64,000 nucleotides of DNA from the human T2T-CHM13v2.0 reference genome, Homo sapiens: NCBI RefSeq assembly GCF_009914755.1, contig NC_060937.1. One strand, 5' to 3'. The notes beneath the pieces are model-generated. The model made no database searches, had not been told where the DNA came from, and saw only the letters and a list, made by a program, of their open reading frames with translations. The position numbers and the translations under genes were made by a program. Shown here piece by piece: positions 15,185-31,611 of this stretch. How positions within the stretch are numbered: the stretch's first letter is position 1; each line of letters begins with the position of its first letter.

Positions 15185-17120
15185 ACCCATGGATACTTTC
15201 ATTGTTTGGGGTCTTTTGTGGGTCCATATGCATTTAATTTTTTTTTCTATTTCTGAGAAAAATATCATCAGATTTTGGTAGAGATTGCACTGAATTCTTA
15301 GATTGCTTTGGGTAGTACGGACACTTTAACAATATTAATTCTTTCAATACATGAACATGGGGTATCTTTTAATTTATCTGTAAATGTGCCATTGAATTTG
15401 GTTTGCTAGTATTTTGTGGAGGATTTTTGTGGCTATATTCATCAGGGATGTTGGCCTGAAATTTTTTGTATTGTTCTTGTGTTGCTTTCTTATTAATGTT
15501 GGACTCATAAAATGGTTTTGGAAGTTTTTTCTCCTCACCAATTTTTTGGAAGTGTTTGAGAGTATTGACATTAATTTTCTCTAAATATTTGGTAGAATTT
15601 ACCAGTGTTGCCGTCTGGCCTTAGGTGTTGTTGTTCTTGTTGTTCAGAGGTTTTAGATTACTGAATCAACCTCCTTACTCATTATTAGTATTTTCTGATT
15701 TTCTGTTTCTTCATGACTCAATCTTAGTAGGTTATATTTCTAAGAATGTATTCATTCCTTCTAGGTTAATTCATTTGTTAACTTATAATTGTTCATAGTA
15801 GTCGCTCATGATCCTTTGTCTCTCTGTGATTTGATTTGGGTCTTCTCTCTTTTTTTAGTCAGTCTACCTAGTGATTTCTGCTATTTTGTTTCTGTCTTGC
15901 TATTTTTTGGCATAGTTCGTTCTTATTTTACTGGTTTCTTGAGGTGTAAAGACAGGTTGTTTATTTGAGATCTTTTCTTTTTTCTCAATCTAACTGTTTA
16001 TTGCTATAAGCTTCCCTGTTAGAACTGTTTTTGAAGACTTGTAAGTTTTGATATGTTGTGTCTCCATTTTTTGTGTGTCTCAAAATATGATTTTATTTCC
16101 CTAACATCGTTTTCCATTTTTTTTGTGTCTCAAGATATGGTTTTATTTCCCTTTTTAGGTTTTGTTTTCCTAAGTTTTTATCTCAGACCCATTAATTGTT
16201 CAGGAGTGTGTTGTTTAATTTTCACATATTTGTGAATTTTTCATTTTTCTTCTGTTACTGATTTCTAGTTTCATACCATTGTAGTCAGCAGAGATTTCAT
16301 ATGATTTCAATCTTTCTGAAGCTGTTAAGACTTGTTTTATGGCCTAACGTATGACCTATCTTGGAGAATGTTCCATGTGCACTCAAGAAAAATGTGTACT
16401 CTGCTGCTTCTGGATGGGATGTTCTGTATATGTCTGTTAGGTCCATTTGCTCTATAATGTTCCAGTCAGCTGTTCCCTCTTTGATTTTTCTGTCTGGATG
16501 ATCTATCCATTGTTAAGAGTGGAGTACTGAAGGACCCTACTACATTCTATTGCTTTATACTTCTCTCTTCCATGCAGTTAATACTTTATTTATTTAATTA
16601 CATGACTAGTGTTTCACACATACATTTTTGCAATTGTTATATTCTCTAGATTAATTGGCCCTTTTATTATTATATAATGGCCTTCTTTGTCTCTTTTGAC
16701 TATTTTGACTTAAAGATTTTTTTTGACTGATATAAGTATAGCCACTCCTGCTCTTTTTTTTTAACCATTAGCATGGAATATCTTTCTCCATATTTTAACT
16801 TTCACCATATGTGTGCCCTTAAAGCTAAAATGAGTCTCTTGTAAGGAGCATGTAGTTAGAACATTTTTATCCATTCAGTCACTGTATCTTTTGAAGAATT
16901 TAATTCTTAAAACTGTGACACAAAAGATAAATGAAGTAATTACTGATAGGAAAGGACTTACTATTGTACTTTGTTAATTGTTTTTTGACTGTTTTGTAGT
17001 TCCTTGCACTTTCTTTCTGTCCCCCCTTTGTGATTTGATGACTTTTTGTAGTGGTATTCTTTGATTCCCTTCTGCTCATCTTTTGTGTATCTACTACAGG
17101 TTTTTTTCTTTATGGTTACA
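13490..17120 (-). mobile_element. L1MA-type LINE-1 (ORF2 and inter-ORF), internally deleted near 15385, 3' tip missing
   Basis: ORFs 13756-14046 (IREMQIK...CWWEYKL) and 15374-15571 (NFRPTSLMNI...LANQIQ) are ORF2p; the RT core is absent between them. Confidence 0.85.
14153..14570 (-). mobile_element. AluJ whose tail has become a (TA)n/(CA)n microsatellite (14153-14285)
   Basis: J diagnostics (gatcatagctcactgtagcc, ctggcctcaagtgatcct). Confidence 0.9.
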
Positions 17121-17124
17121 ACAT

Positions 17125-17366
17125 AACAGTTGCAGTTGCCTCATGAGCAACTGGTAATGTCAAAGTTTTGAATTTTTCTAAATGTTAGCCATTTTAATAG
17201 GTACTAGTATCTCACTGTTGTTGTAATTTACATTTTCTAAATGACAAATGACATGCAGCATTTTTCATGTGTTAATTTACCATCTGTATATCTTTGGCAA
17301 GGAGTCTGTTCATATTTTTGGTCCATTTCTTAATTGGTTTGTTTGTTTTCATGATGTTTAGCATTT
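17125..17366 (-). mobile_element. L1MC/MD-type ORF2 fragment (left piece; continues at 36290)
   Basis: ttagccattttaataggt...aatgacaaatgac...gtccattttctaattgg; collinear with 36290 onward. Confidence 0.65.
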
Positions 17367-19569
17367 TTTAAAGTAACAGTTTATTTAGATATAATTCATA
17401 TGCCACACAATTCACTCACTTGAAGTGTACAAATCAGTGGATTTTAGTATATTCATGGAGTTGTGTAACCATCATCACAATCAATTTTAGGATATTTTCA
17501 TTAACACAAAAAGAAACCTCGTACCCATTAGCATTCAATGCCCACTTCCCACAATGCTCGCAGCACTAGGAAACCACAAATTCATTTTTTGCCTCTATGG
17601 ATTTGCCTATTTTAGACATCTCATATAAATGGAATCATGCATTTTATGATTATTTGCAACTGGCTTCTATCACTTAGCATATTGTTTTTGAGGTTCATAA
17701 TGTTGTACCATGGCTAAATAATATTTCATTTTCTGAATATATACCAGATGTACTTTATTTATTCTTCAGTTGGACATGTGGGCTGTTTCCACTTTTTGGC
17801 TGTATGAATAATGCAATAATGCTTCAATGGACATTCATGAACAACTGTTTTGTAGACATATACTTTCAATCTCTTGGGTATATATATGCCTAAAAATGGA
17901 AATTATGACTCATAGGAATTCTATATTTATGCAAGTGAGGAATACAGAACAGTTTTCCAAAGTAGCTGCACCATTTTACATTTCTACCTACCAACTTATC
18001 CTTGTTGATATCTTTGTTGTTTTGTTTTATTGTTTTAAACATACCTACCTTCTGGGTGTGAAGTGATATATCCTTTGAAATGCATTTCTCAGATGACTAA
18101 TGAAGTTGAGTAATTTTCATGTGTACTTGGCTATTTGTATATTTTTTGAAGTAATGTCTATTCGAATCCTTTGCCCATTTTTAAATTTGATTATTCATAA
18201 TTTGTATTGTTTAGTTAATGGGTCCTTGACCCATTCCAGACACTAATCCTTACCAGATATGTGATATGCAAATATTTTTTCCCATTTTGTGGGTTGTCTA
18301 TTCACTATCGTGATAGAACCTTTGAAGCACAAGATGTGTGAGTCTGTGTGTGTAGTACAATTTATCTATTCTTTCTGTTGTTTCTTGTGCTTTTAGTATC
18401 ATATCTAAGAAAGAATTACATAATCCAAGATCATGCAAACTTACTTCTATGTTTTCTTCTAAAAGTTTAGAGCTTTAGCTCTTCTTTTGAATTAGTTTTT
18501 GGATATAATGTGAGATATGGGTCCAAAGTCATTCTTTTTCATCTGGACTCCAGTTGTCCCAGTAACTTTTGTTAAAAAGACTACTCTTTCTGCATCAAAT
18601 GGTCTTGGCAACCTTGTTGAAATCAACTGACTGCAAATAAAAATGTTTACTTCTGGACTCTCAATTATATTTTATTTATCAGTGTGTTTATCCTATGCCA
18701 TTACCATGCTGATCTGATTACTGTAGCTCTGTAGTAAGTTTTGAAATTGGACAGTGTTAGTCCCTAACTTTATCTTTTTATTCTTAAGACTGTTTTAGTC
18801 ATGCTGGGTTCCTTGCATTTGCATACAAATTCTGGGATCAGCTTATAAAATTTTTGCAAAGAGGCTGTTATAATTCGGATGAGGATTATATTGAATCTGT
18901 AGCTCAATAGGAGAGTATTGCCATTTTAATAATATTAATTTTCTAGTCCATGAACACAGATACCTCTCCAAAACTTTAGGTGTACTTTTGCTTTTTTAAG
19001 TGATGTTTTGTAGTTTTTAATGCATTTTTTCTTTATGATGTTATTGTACACGGAGTTGTTTTCTTAATTTCATTTTTAGATTGTTCATTATTAGTATATA
19101 CAAATACAACTGATATTTGTATATATATTCTGTATTACATATCTTTGCTGAACTTGTTTTTCAGAAATAATAGTTTTTTCTTAAATCCTTTAGGATTTTG
19201 TATAAATAAGATTATGATGTGTACAAACAGATAATTTCACTTCTTCCTTTCTCATCTGGATTTTTTTCTTTTTCTTGTCTAATTTTCTTAAGTAGGAGTA
19301 CAATGTTGAATAGGATTAGTGAGAGGGAATGTCTTTGCCTTGTAATTGAATCTAGGGGAAGATCTTTCAGTTGCTTATCTGTAAATATGCTAGCTTTGAG
19401 GTTTTGTGGATGCTTCTTACCAGGTTAACAAAGTTTCCTTCCTTTCTTAATGTACTGAGTGTTTTCATTATGAAGGATGATTAATTTTGTTAAAAATGTG
19501 TGTCTATTCAGATGATCATATGGTTTTTGTTATTTGTTATATAATGTATTAATTTTAGGTCTTTGAAAT

Positions 19570-22500
19570 AAACTTTATTTTTCAATTGTTTCAGGTATGA
19601 TTGACATGTGAAAAGCTATATATACTTATCATAAATATCTCAATGGGCTTAGGGATAACTATATACCCATGAAACTGTCACTGCCATCAAGCCCAACAAC
19701 ACAGATATCACCTCCCACAGTTTCCTCTCATCCCGTTTATTATTGTTGTTTTTGTGTATGTATTAAGAACACTTACTGTGGAAAGCTTATAGCAATAAAT
19801 GCCTATGATCTTTCTTTCAAAATAGAATAAAAATCTCAAGTAAACAACTTAATACTATACTCCCAGGGACTAAACAAAAAATAAACTAACCCCAAGTCAG
19901 TATAGGAAAGAAAGTAATAAAAATCAGAGCAGAAATAAATAAAATAGACAATACAATGACAATAGAAAAAAAATCAATGAAATTAAGAATTGTTTTCTGA
20001 AAAGATAAGAAAAATTGACAAAACTCTAGCCAGTTTAATAAAAAAAAGTGAGAAGACTCAAAAAATAAAATTAGAAATGAAAGAGGAGATATAAAAATAC
20101 TACAGAAATACAAAGCATCTTAAGAGACTACAGTGAACAATTACACACCAATAAATTGAATAACCTAGAAGAAATTGTTAAATTCCTAGAAATGTACAAT
20201 TTACCACAAGTGAATCAAGAAGAAATAGAAAATCTGAACAGACCAACAATGAGTAAATAATGAATAAGGACATAGATTTAATAATTAAAAAAACCTTCCA
20301 TCAAAGAAAAGCCAAGGACCAGATGGTTTCATGGTGGAATTATATCAAACATTTAAAGAATACCAATGCTTCTTAAACTCTTCCACAAAATTGAAGGGAA
20401 AGGAATATATTATATGACACCAGCATCACCCTAATACCAAAGCCAGACAAGGACACTATGAGAAAATAAATTACAGGCCAATACTTTTGATAAATATAGA
20501 CGTAAATTCTCAACAAAATACTAGCAAACTGAATTCAACAGAACATTAAAGTATTATTCATTATCATCAAATAGGATTTATCTGTGGAGAACAAGGATGG
20601 TTCAACATAAACAGTTTAATAAATGTGATACACCATATTAACAGGATAAAAGCCAGAAACCATATGATCATCTCAATAGATGCAGAACAAGCATTTGATA
20701 AAAGTTAGCATCTCTTCATAAAAAAATCTCAATAAATTAGGCCTAGAAAGAATGTATCTGAACATAATAATGTCTATACATGAAAAGCCCACAGCTAACA
20801 TTATACTCAACCATGAAAAGTTGAAAGATTTTCCTCTAATATTAAGAACCAGAAGAGGATGCCCATTCTTACCAGTTCTATTCAACATAGGCCAGAAGGT
20901 CTAGCCAGAGTAATCAGACAAATAAATAAGTCACATACAAATAGGAAAAGAAGAAGTGGAATTACCTTTGTTTGCTTATGACATAATTTTATACACAAAA
21001 TTTTAAAGATTCTATTTTAAAAACTGTTAGAATTGATTTTTAAAATTCAGTAAATTTGAAGGGTACGAAAATCAACAGGCAAAAATCAGCAGCATTTCTT
21101 TACACTGACAACAAACTATCTGAAAGAGAAATTAAGCCCTTTCACAATAGCATCAAAAATAAAATACTTAGGGATAAATTTAATCTGGGATGTTAAATAT
21201 ATATATACATATATATATTATATATATATAAATTTAACCTGGGACATAAATATATACATATGTGTGTGTTATAGAGAATATATATTTATAATATATAAAG
21301 AGAAAACTCTAAGATATTGAGGAAAGCAATAGTAGATGACACAAATAAAAAGCTATATTGTGTTCATGGATTGGCAGAATTAATGTTGTTAAAATGTCCA
21401 TACTACCCAAAGCAACCTACAGAAAGGAATCCCTATCAAAATTTCAGTGTCATTTTTCAGGGAAATAGAAGAAAATAGTCCAAAATTTACATAGGACCAC
21501 AAAAGACCTTGAGCAAAAAGAACACAGAGCTATTACACTACCTGACTTCAAAATATATTACAAAGCTATAGTAGTCAAAACAGCATGGCACAGGCATAAA
21601 AAATACATTGAGCAATGGAACAGAAAAGAAGGCCGAGAAACAAATCCATGCATTTATGGTCAATTGATTTTCAATGAGCCAAGAGCACAAAACGAAGAAA
21701 GGAGAGTTTATTCAATAAATGGTGTTGGAAAAATTGCATATTCATAAGCAGAAGAATGAAGTTGGACCCTTGTCTCACATCATATACCAAAATCAACTCA
21801 AAATGAATTAAAGACTTAAACCTAAGACCCAAAACTATAAAACTACTAGAAAATAAACATAGAGGATATGCTCCATGACATTGATCTAGGCAGAGATTTT
21901 TCTGATATGACTTCAAAAGCCCAGCATAAAAGCAAATGGGATTTCATCAAACTCAAAAGGCTCTGCACAGCAAAGTCAACAATTAAAAGAATAAAGAGAC
22001 AACCATGAATTGGGAGAAAATATTTGCAAACCAAGTATCTGTAAAAGGGCTAATATACAAAATTCAATTCAAGCAACTCACTGGCAAGAAAATAAATGAC
22101 CCAGTCAAAAATGGGCACAGCACTTACACAGACATTTCTCAAAAAAAGACATACAAATGGCCAACAGATACATGAAAAATGCTCAGTCACAGATTATCAG
22201 GGAAATGCAAATTAGAACTACAATGAGATATTACTTCACACATATTAGAATGATTATTATTTTAAAAGGTGAAAGATAAGTGTTGGCAAGGGTGTGGAGA
22301 AAAGGAAACATCTGTGTACTGTTGATGAGAATGTAAATTAATATAACCATTATGCAAAACAGTATGAAGCTTCCTCAGAAAACAAAAAATAGAATTTCCA
22401 TATGATCCAGTAATCCCATTTCTGGGTATGTATTCAAAGGAATTGAAATCAGTATGTTGAAGAGATATTCACACTCCCATATTTATTGCATTATTATTCA

Positions 22501-23358
22501 CAATAGCTAAGATATGGTAGCATCCTAGGTGTCCATTATCAAATGAATGGATAAAGAAAATGTGATATATGTATGCAATAGGATGCTATAGCCTTAAAAA
22601 GGGGAAGAATCCTGTTGCTACAACGTAGATGAAACTAGAAAGTTCTTTCTGTTAAGTGAAACAAGCCAGGTACAGAAAGACAAATGTTGCATGGTCTCAC
22701 TTATATGTGGAATCTAAAAAAGTTGAATTCATAAAAAATAGAGTAGAATAATGGTTACTAGAGGCTGAAAGAAGGAAGTGGATGAGGAAAGGAGAGATAC
22801 TGATCAAGAAATAAAGTTTCAGTTAGACAGGAGGAATAAGCTTTAGCGATCTATTGCACAGAATGGTGACTATAACAAATAATGCATTGTATATTTTATA
22901 ATTGCTAAAAGAGTATGTTTTAAATGTTTTCACTATAAAAATAAGTATTTGAGGTTATAGATTTAAGTACTCTGATTTAATTATTTCACATTGCAAACAT
23001 ATCAAAACATCACATTGAACCCCATAAACATATACAAATTTTGTCAATTAAAATAATTTTTAAAAAGAACACTTAACATAAGCTCTACATAATAAATGTA
23101 TGTATACAATACAGTATTGTTACAGGTATAAGCACTATTCTGTATACTGTATCTCCAGAATTTATATATCTTGCATAACCGAAACATCATACCCTTTAAC
23201 CATCACTTCTCCATTTCCTTCTACCAGTCCCTGGCAACCAACATTCTACTCTCTGTTTCCATGAGGTTTACTACTTTAGACTGCACATATAAGTGAGACA
23301 TACAGTATTTGTTTCTGTGTGTCTGGGTTATTTCACTTAACATAATGCTCTCCAGGGC
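19570..23358 (-). mobile_element. Short L1MB1/2- or L1MA10-type 3' fragment (19570-19775 and 23065-23358)
   Basis: aggtatgattgacat...ccatcaagc...atcacctcccacagtttcc...aagaacactta|acataagctctac...atacaatacagtattg; the two halves are contiguous. Confidence 0.75.
19776..23064 (+). mobile_element. 5'-truncated L1MA (MA6/7-like)
   Basis: Degenerate ORF2 plus 3'UTR (aagtttcagttagacaggaggaataag); exact 11 bp TSD aagaacactta at 19765-19775 and 23065-23075. Confidence 0.88.
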
Positions 23359-24748
23359 TGTATTACTTTCATTGTTTTTCATGTGTAGAACCAACTTTGC
23401 ATTCCTGGAGTACATCCCATACGGTCATGATGCTTAATCTTTTTTCTATGTTAATGGATTTATTTTGTTAGAATTATTTGAGAATTTGTGCATCTATTTT
23501 CATAAGGGATCTTGTTCTGTAGTTTGTTTTGTTTCGCTTTTCTAGAAATGTGTGTGGAATTGTTATTAGGGAAATTCTAAACTCATAGAATAAGTTGAAA
23601 TGTATTCACTTCTCTTCTGTGTTTTGAAAGATATTGTGAAGAATTGGTGCTTATTCTTTAATTTTTGGTAGAATTTACTAGTGAAGCCATCTGAAACTAG
23701 GATTTATTTCTGAAATCTATTTTGATTATTAATTCAGTCTCATTACTTGTTATACATATATTCAGGTGTTCTAATTCTTCTTTAGTTAGTTTCACCAGTT
23801 TTTGCTTTGCTAAGAATTTTTCTATATCATTTGGGTTATCTAATTTATTGGCATATAGTTACAGTGTTTTCTTATAATCCTTTTTATTTTTGTAAGGTCA
23901 GTTTGGATGTCCACTCTCATTCCTGATTTTAGTAATTTGAGACTTGTCTGGATTTTTGTTTCAGTCATTTAAGTGAAAATTTTGTCAATTTTGCTGGTCT
24001 TTTCAAAGAATCAATTTTTGTTGTTTTTTTTGTATTCACTTTTATTTTCTGTTTTATTTATTTCCAAATTAATATTTGTCTCTTTTCTTCCATTTGCTCT
24101 GGGTTCCAGTTTGCTCTTTTTTTGCTAGTTTCTTGAGGTAGAAGATTGTTTTAGATTTGAGATCTTTTTTAAAACAGGCATTTATCATTATAAATTTCTA
24201 AGCACTTCTTGAAATACATTCCATAAATTTAGGTATGTTTTCATTTTCATTCACCTCAAAATATTTACTAATTTCCTTTTTTTTTCTTTGACCCATGGGT
24301 TATTTGGCAGAGTGTTGTTTAATTTCTACATGCTTATAAATTTCACAAATTTTCTTCTGTTATTAAATGTCTAATTTCATCTCCTTATGGTGAGAGAACA
24401 TACTTTGTATGATTTCAATCTTTTTAAATATACTGAGACCTGTTTATGGCATAATATATAATCCATCCTGGGTAATTTTCCATATGCAGTAGAGAAAAAG
24501 GTGTATTATGTTGTTGTGGTGCTGTGTTCTATATGTGACTATTATCTCTAGCTGGTTTATAGTATATTTCAAGTTTTCTATTTCTTGCTGATCTTCTGTT
24601 TAGTTGTTCTATCCATTATTGAAAATGGATATTGAAGTCTCTGCTATTCTTGAAATTATATCTCCATTCAACACTATCACTTTTTGCTTCATGTATTTTG
24701 AAGATCTTTAGTTAGATGCATCTATAATTATAAATTGACCCTTTTATC

Positions 24749-25063
<315 letters not shown>

Positions 25064-25416
25064 TCCTTTTACCATTTTCAAAAGTTCTTTGCGTCTAGTA
25101 ATATCTTTGTCTTAAAATCCATTTTATCTGAAATTGTCACTCCTGCTCTTTTTAATACTGTCTACATAGCGTATCTTTTTTGTCCTAGTAATTTCTATTT
25201 CTGTATTTGAATCTAAAGTGTTTCCTTTGTACATAACGTATAGTTGGGTTACTTTGTATCCATTTTGTCAATCTGTACTTTTTATTTGAATGCTTAATCA
25301 TTTATATTTAATGTAATTATTGATAAGGTAGAATTTATATGGACAATTTCTGTTTTTAAAAAATATTAATTGGCCAAGATTTAAGTTATGCTTACTGTTT
25401 ATGGGGTGCTTTGAGG

Positions 25417-28250
<2,834 letters not shown>

Positions 28251-29921
28251 TCATGTCCTTCAATGCAAAGACACAAACATATATCCACATGGAACAGTAG
28301 CAAACAGAGAATCATGACATCTTCAAACAGACAAAACAAGGAACCAATGACTGACCCTAAAGAGACAGCAATATATAAACTCCCTGGCCAAGGATTCAAA
28401 ATAGCAGTTTGAAGAAAACTTGATGATCTCTGAGGTAACACCGAAAAGCAACTCATAAATTTATCATATAAATTTAATGAAGATATTGACATATTTCTTA
28501 AAATCCTATGAAGAACCTGGAACTGGAAAACATATTTGATAAACCGAAAAATTTATTAGAGGTTCTCAATAGCAAAATGACACAAAAGAGAGGAGTGATT
28601 CAGTGAGCTTGAAGACAGACTGCAAATACAAAAGAGAGGAGCAAATCGGTAAGCTTGAAGACAGGCTATTTGCAAATGCACAGTCAGAGGAGAAAAGAAA
28701 GAATGAAAAAGAAAGAACAAGGGTCACCAAAAAGATATAGAAAATTACCTCAAAAGGATAAATCTAAGAATTATTGGTGTTTAAGAGTGTTGAGCAAGAG
28801 CAAGGGGTAGAAAGCTTATTCAAAGAAATAATAACAGAAAACTTTCCAAAACTTGAGAAAGATATAAATATGCATGTACAGGAAGGCCTTGACCAAAATA
28901 AGACTATTCAAAGGCATACAATAAACTCTCAAAGATTAAGGACAAAGAGAGTATTCTAAAAGCAGTTAGAGGAAAGAAGTAAATAACATAAAGAAGCTAC
29001 AATTTTCTGGCAACAGACTTCTCAACAGAAATCTTACAGGGCAAGAGGGAGTGAAATGACATGTTCAAGGTGCTGAAAGAAAAATAACAAGCCTGTCATC
29101 CAAGAATACTGTATCTAGCAAAATTATTTTTTAAATATGAAGGAGAGATAAAGTATTTCCCAGACAAATGAAAGCTGACAGAATTCACCACTACCAGACT
29201 TGTTTTAAAAAAAAAATGCTAAAGGGAGTTCCCCAATCTCAAAGGAAAAAACTAAAGTGTAAAAAGAAAACATTTGAAGGTAAAACACCCACTGGTAAAA
29301 TTAAGGACATGAACAAGCCCAGGATACTCTATGACTGTAAGGTGTGCAATCTACTCAAAACTCTAGTATGAAGCCCAAAAGACAAACTTATGAAAAACAA
29401 TATTAACTACGGAAACCTACTAAGAGATAGGTAATATAAAAATATGTAAATTGAGATAACTGAAAGGAAAAATGGGGAGGGGTGGAGTTTAATTAGAAGT
29501 TTTTTTTTCTTTGCTTGTTTCTATTCTTTTTATTGTGATCTAAGATAAATTTCACCTCTTTATAATCCTTACCAAAAAAAACAAAGCCAGAGGCATCACA
29601 CTAGATGACTTCGAAATATACTATTATACAGTGCTATAGTAACCAGATCAGCATGGTACTGGCAATGAAAGCAGACACAAAGACCAGTGGAACAGAATAG
29701 AGACCTCAGATATAAATTCATGCATTTGCTCATGAATTTATATCTCATTTGGAACAAAGATGAAGATCTTAACTAATCTTCAACGAAGGCACCAAGAACA
29801 TAAAATGGGAAAGGAAAGTCTCTTCAATAAATGATGCTGGGAAAACTGGATAATTATACGCAGAAGCAAAAAGTAGACCCCTATATTTCATCATATACAA
29901 AAATCAAATAAAAATAAATTA

Positions 29922-30000
29922 TTAGATTGGTGCAAAAGAAATCGAGTTTTTTGACAGTATTTTAATGGCTAAAAACACAATTACTTTTGCCCCAACCTAA
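29922..30000. mobile_element. MADE1 (Hsmar1-derived mariner MITE)
   Basis: 79 bp palindrome ttagattggtgcaaaag...cttttgccccaacctaa flanked by TA on both sides. Confidence 0.93.
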
Positions 30001-31201
30001 TAGAAACTTAAATCTAAGATCTGAAACTATGAAACTACTAGAAGAGAACATTGAGAAACTGCTTCAGGACATTGAGCTGGGAAAAGAATTTTTGTGTAAG
30101 ACCTCAACAGTACAGGCAACTGAAGAAAAAATAGACAAATAGTATTGCATCAAGCTGAAAGGCTTCTGCACAGCAAAGGAAACCATCAACGAAATCAAGA
30201 CACAACCCACAGAATGGGAGAAAATATTTGTAAACTATCCATCTAACAAAGGATTAATAACCAGAATATGCATATTTGAATATATATATTCAACTCAACA
30301 GCACAAGTCCAAAAAATCAATTAAAATGGGCAAAATATAAAAATAGAAGTTTCTTAAGTCATACAAATGGGCAACAGGCATATAAAAATGCTTAACATCA
30401 CCAATCATCAGAGAATTGCAAATCAAATACAATGAGATATAATCTTACCCCAGTTAAAATGGCTTTTATGAAAAAGACAGGTAATAATATATGCTGTTGA
30501 TAATGTGGAGCAATGGTAACTCTCCTACGCAGTTGCTGGGGATGCAAATTAGTACAAACACTGTGGAAAACTGTAGTATCCTCAATAAACTAAAAATAGA
30601 AATACCATATGATTCAGCAATTCCACTTCTGGTTATATAGCCAAAGGAAAGGAAATGTATATATCAAAGAAATATCTGGACTCCCATGTTTATTGCGGCA
30701 CTATTTACAATAGCCATAATATGGAATCAATGTAAGTGCCTATCAGTGGATGAATGAATAAAGATAATGTGGCTTACATACACAATGGCATATTTTTCAG
30801 CCACACAAAAAATGAGATCTTGTCATTTGCAGCAACATAGATGGAATTGGAGGTCATTATGTTAAGTGAAATAAGCTGAACATAGAGAAACAAATATTGC
30901 ACATTCTCACTCATATGTGGGAGCTAATAAATTAGATCTCAATGAAGATAGAAAGTAATTGATGGTTACCAGAGAAAAGGAAGATTAGGGAGGAGGGGAG
31001 TGTAAGAGAGGTTGATTAATGGTTACAGATAAACATATAAAAGAAATAAGACCCAGTTTTTGATAGATCAGTCAGGTGACTATAGTTTACAATAATCTAT
31101 TACGTATTTCAAAATAGCTACAAGAGAATAATTTGAATGTTTCTAGCCTAAAGAACAGACAAACATTTAAGGTGATGGATATCACAATTATACTGGTTTG
31201 A

Positions 31202-31514
31202 TTTTTTTTTACTTGGTACAGATTTTATTATAAAATGTATGTGAAGAAAGACTATTTTGTCACATTGTTTTTCTTTGTCATGCCATATTTCATATTTACA
31301 GAAAAAATTCTGAAGGTGTGCTTTCCATTTGCAAGATGAAAACTTTAAGACACAGAAATGCTACAAAATTGGTTAAAACCACACACACAATTAATCTTAG
31401 GGCTAGAACTTGATGAAACATTTATGCTCTTAGATAACACTAATTGATTATAGGAATTACCTTTAGGACCAGAATAAAAACTTAATATCTAAAAAGCAAG
31501 TGCCTAACCTGAAT
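31202..31514 (-). pseudogene. Retroposed non-L1 polyadenylated fragment (3'UTR retrocopy or orphan transduction); source unknown
   Basis: T9 tract, minus-strand AATAAA at 31224-31229, TSD ttatactggtttgat / ttacactggttttat; interrupts an otherwise contiguous L1MA4 3'UTR. Confidence 0.75.
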
Positions 31515-31611
31515 TTACACTGGTTTTATCTTTACAAATTACATGAATGTATTTGTCACATGTGCGTTTAAAATATGTAAATTATATTTAAGTGAAAATA
31601 TAAAATTATTC

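Larger units (their letters stand above)
28253..31605 (+). mobile_element. L1MA4-like LINE-1: ORF1 and inter-ORF joined directly to the ORF2 C-terminal part (EN and RT deleted at ~29570)
   Basis: ORF1p fragment 28774-28959 (VESLFKEIITENFPKLEKDINMHVQE); 3'UTR gatagatcagtcaggtgactatagtttacaataatctatt. Confidence 0.85.
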
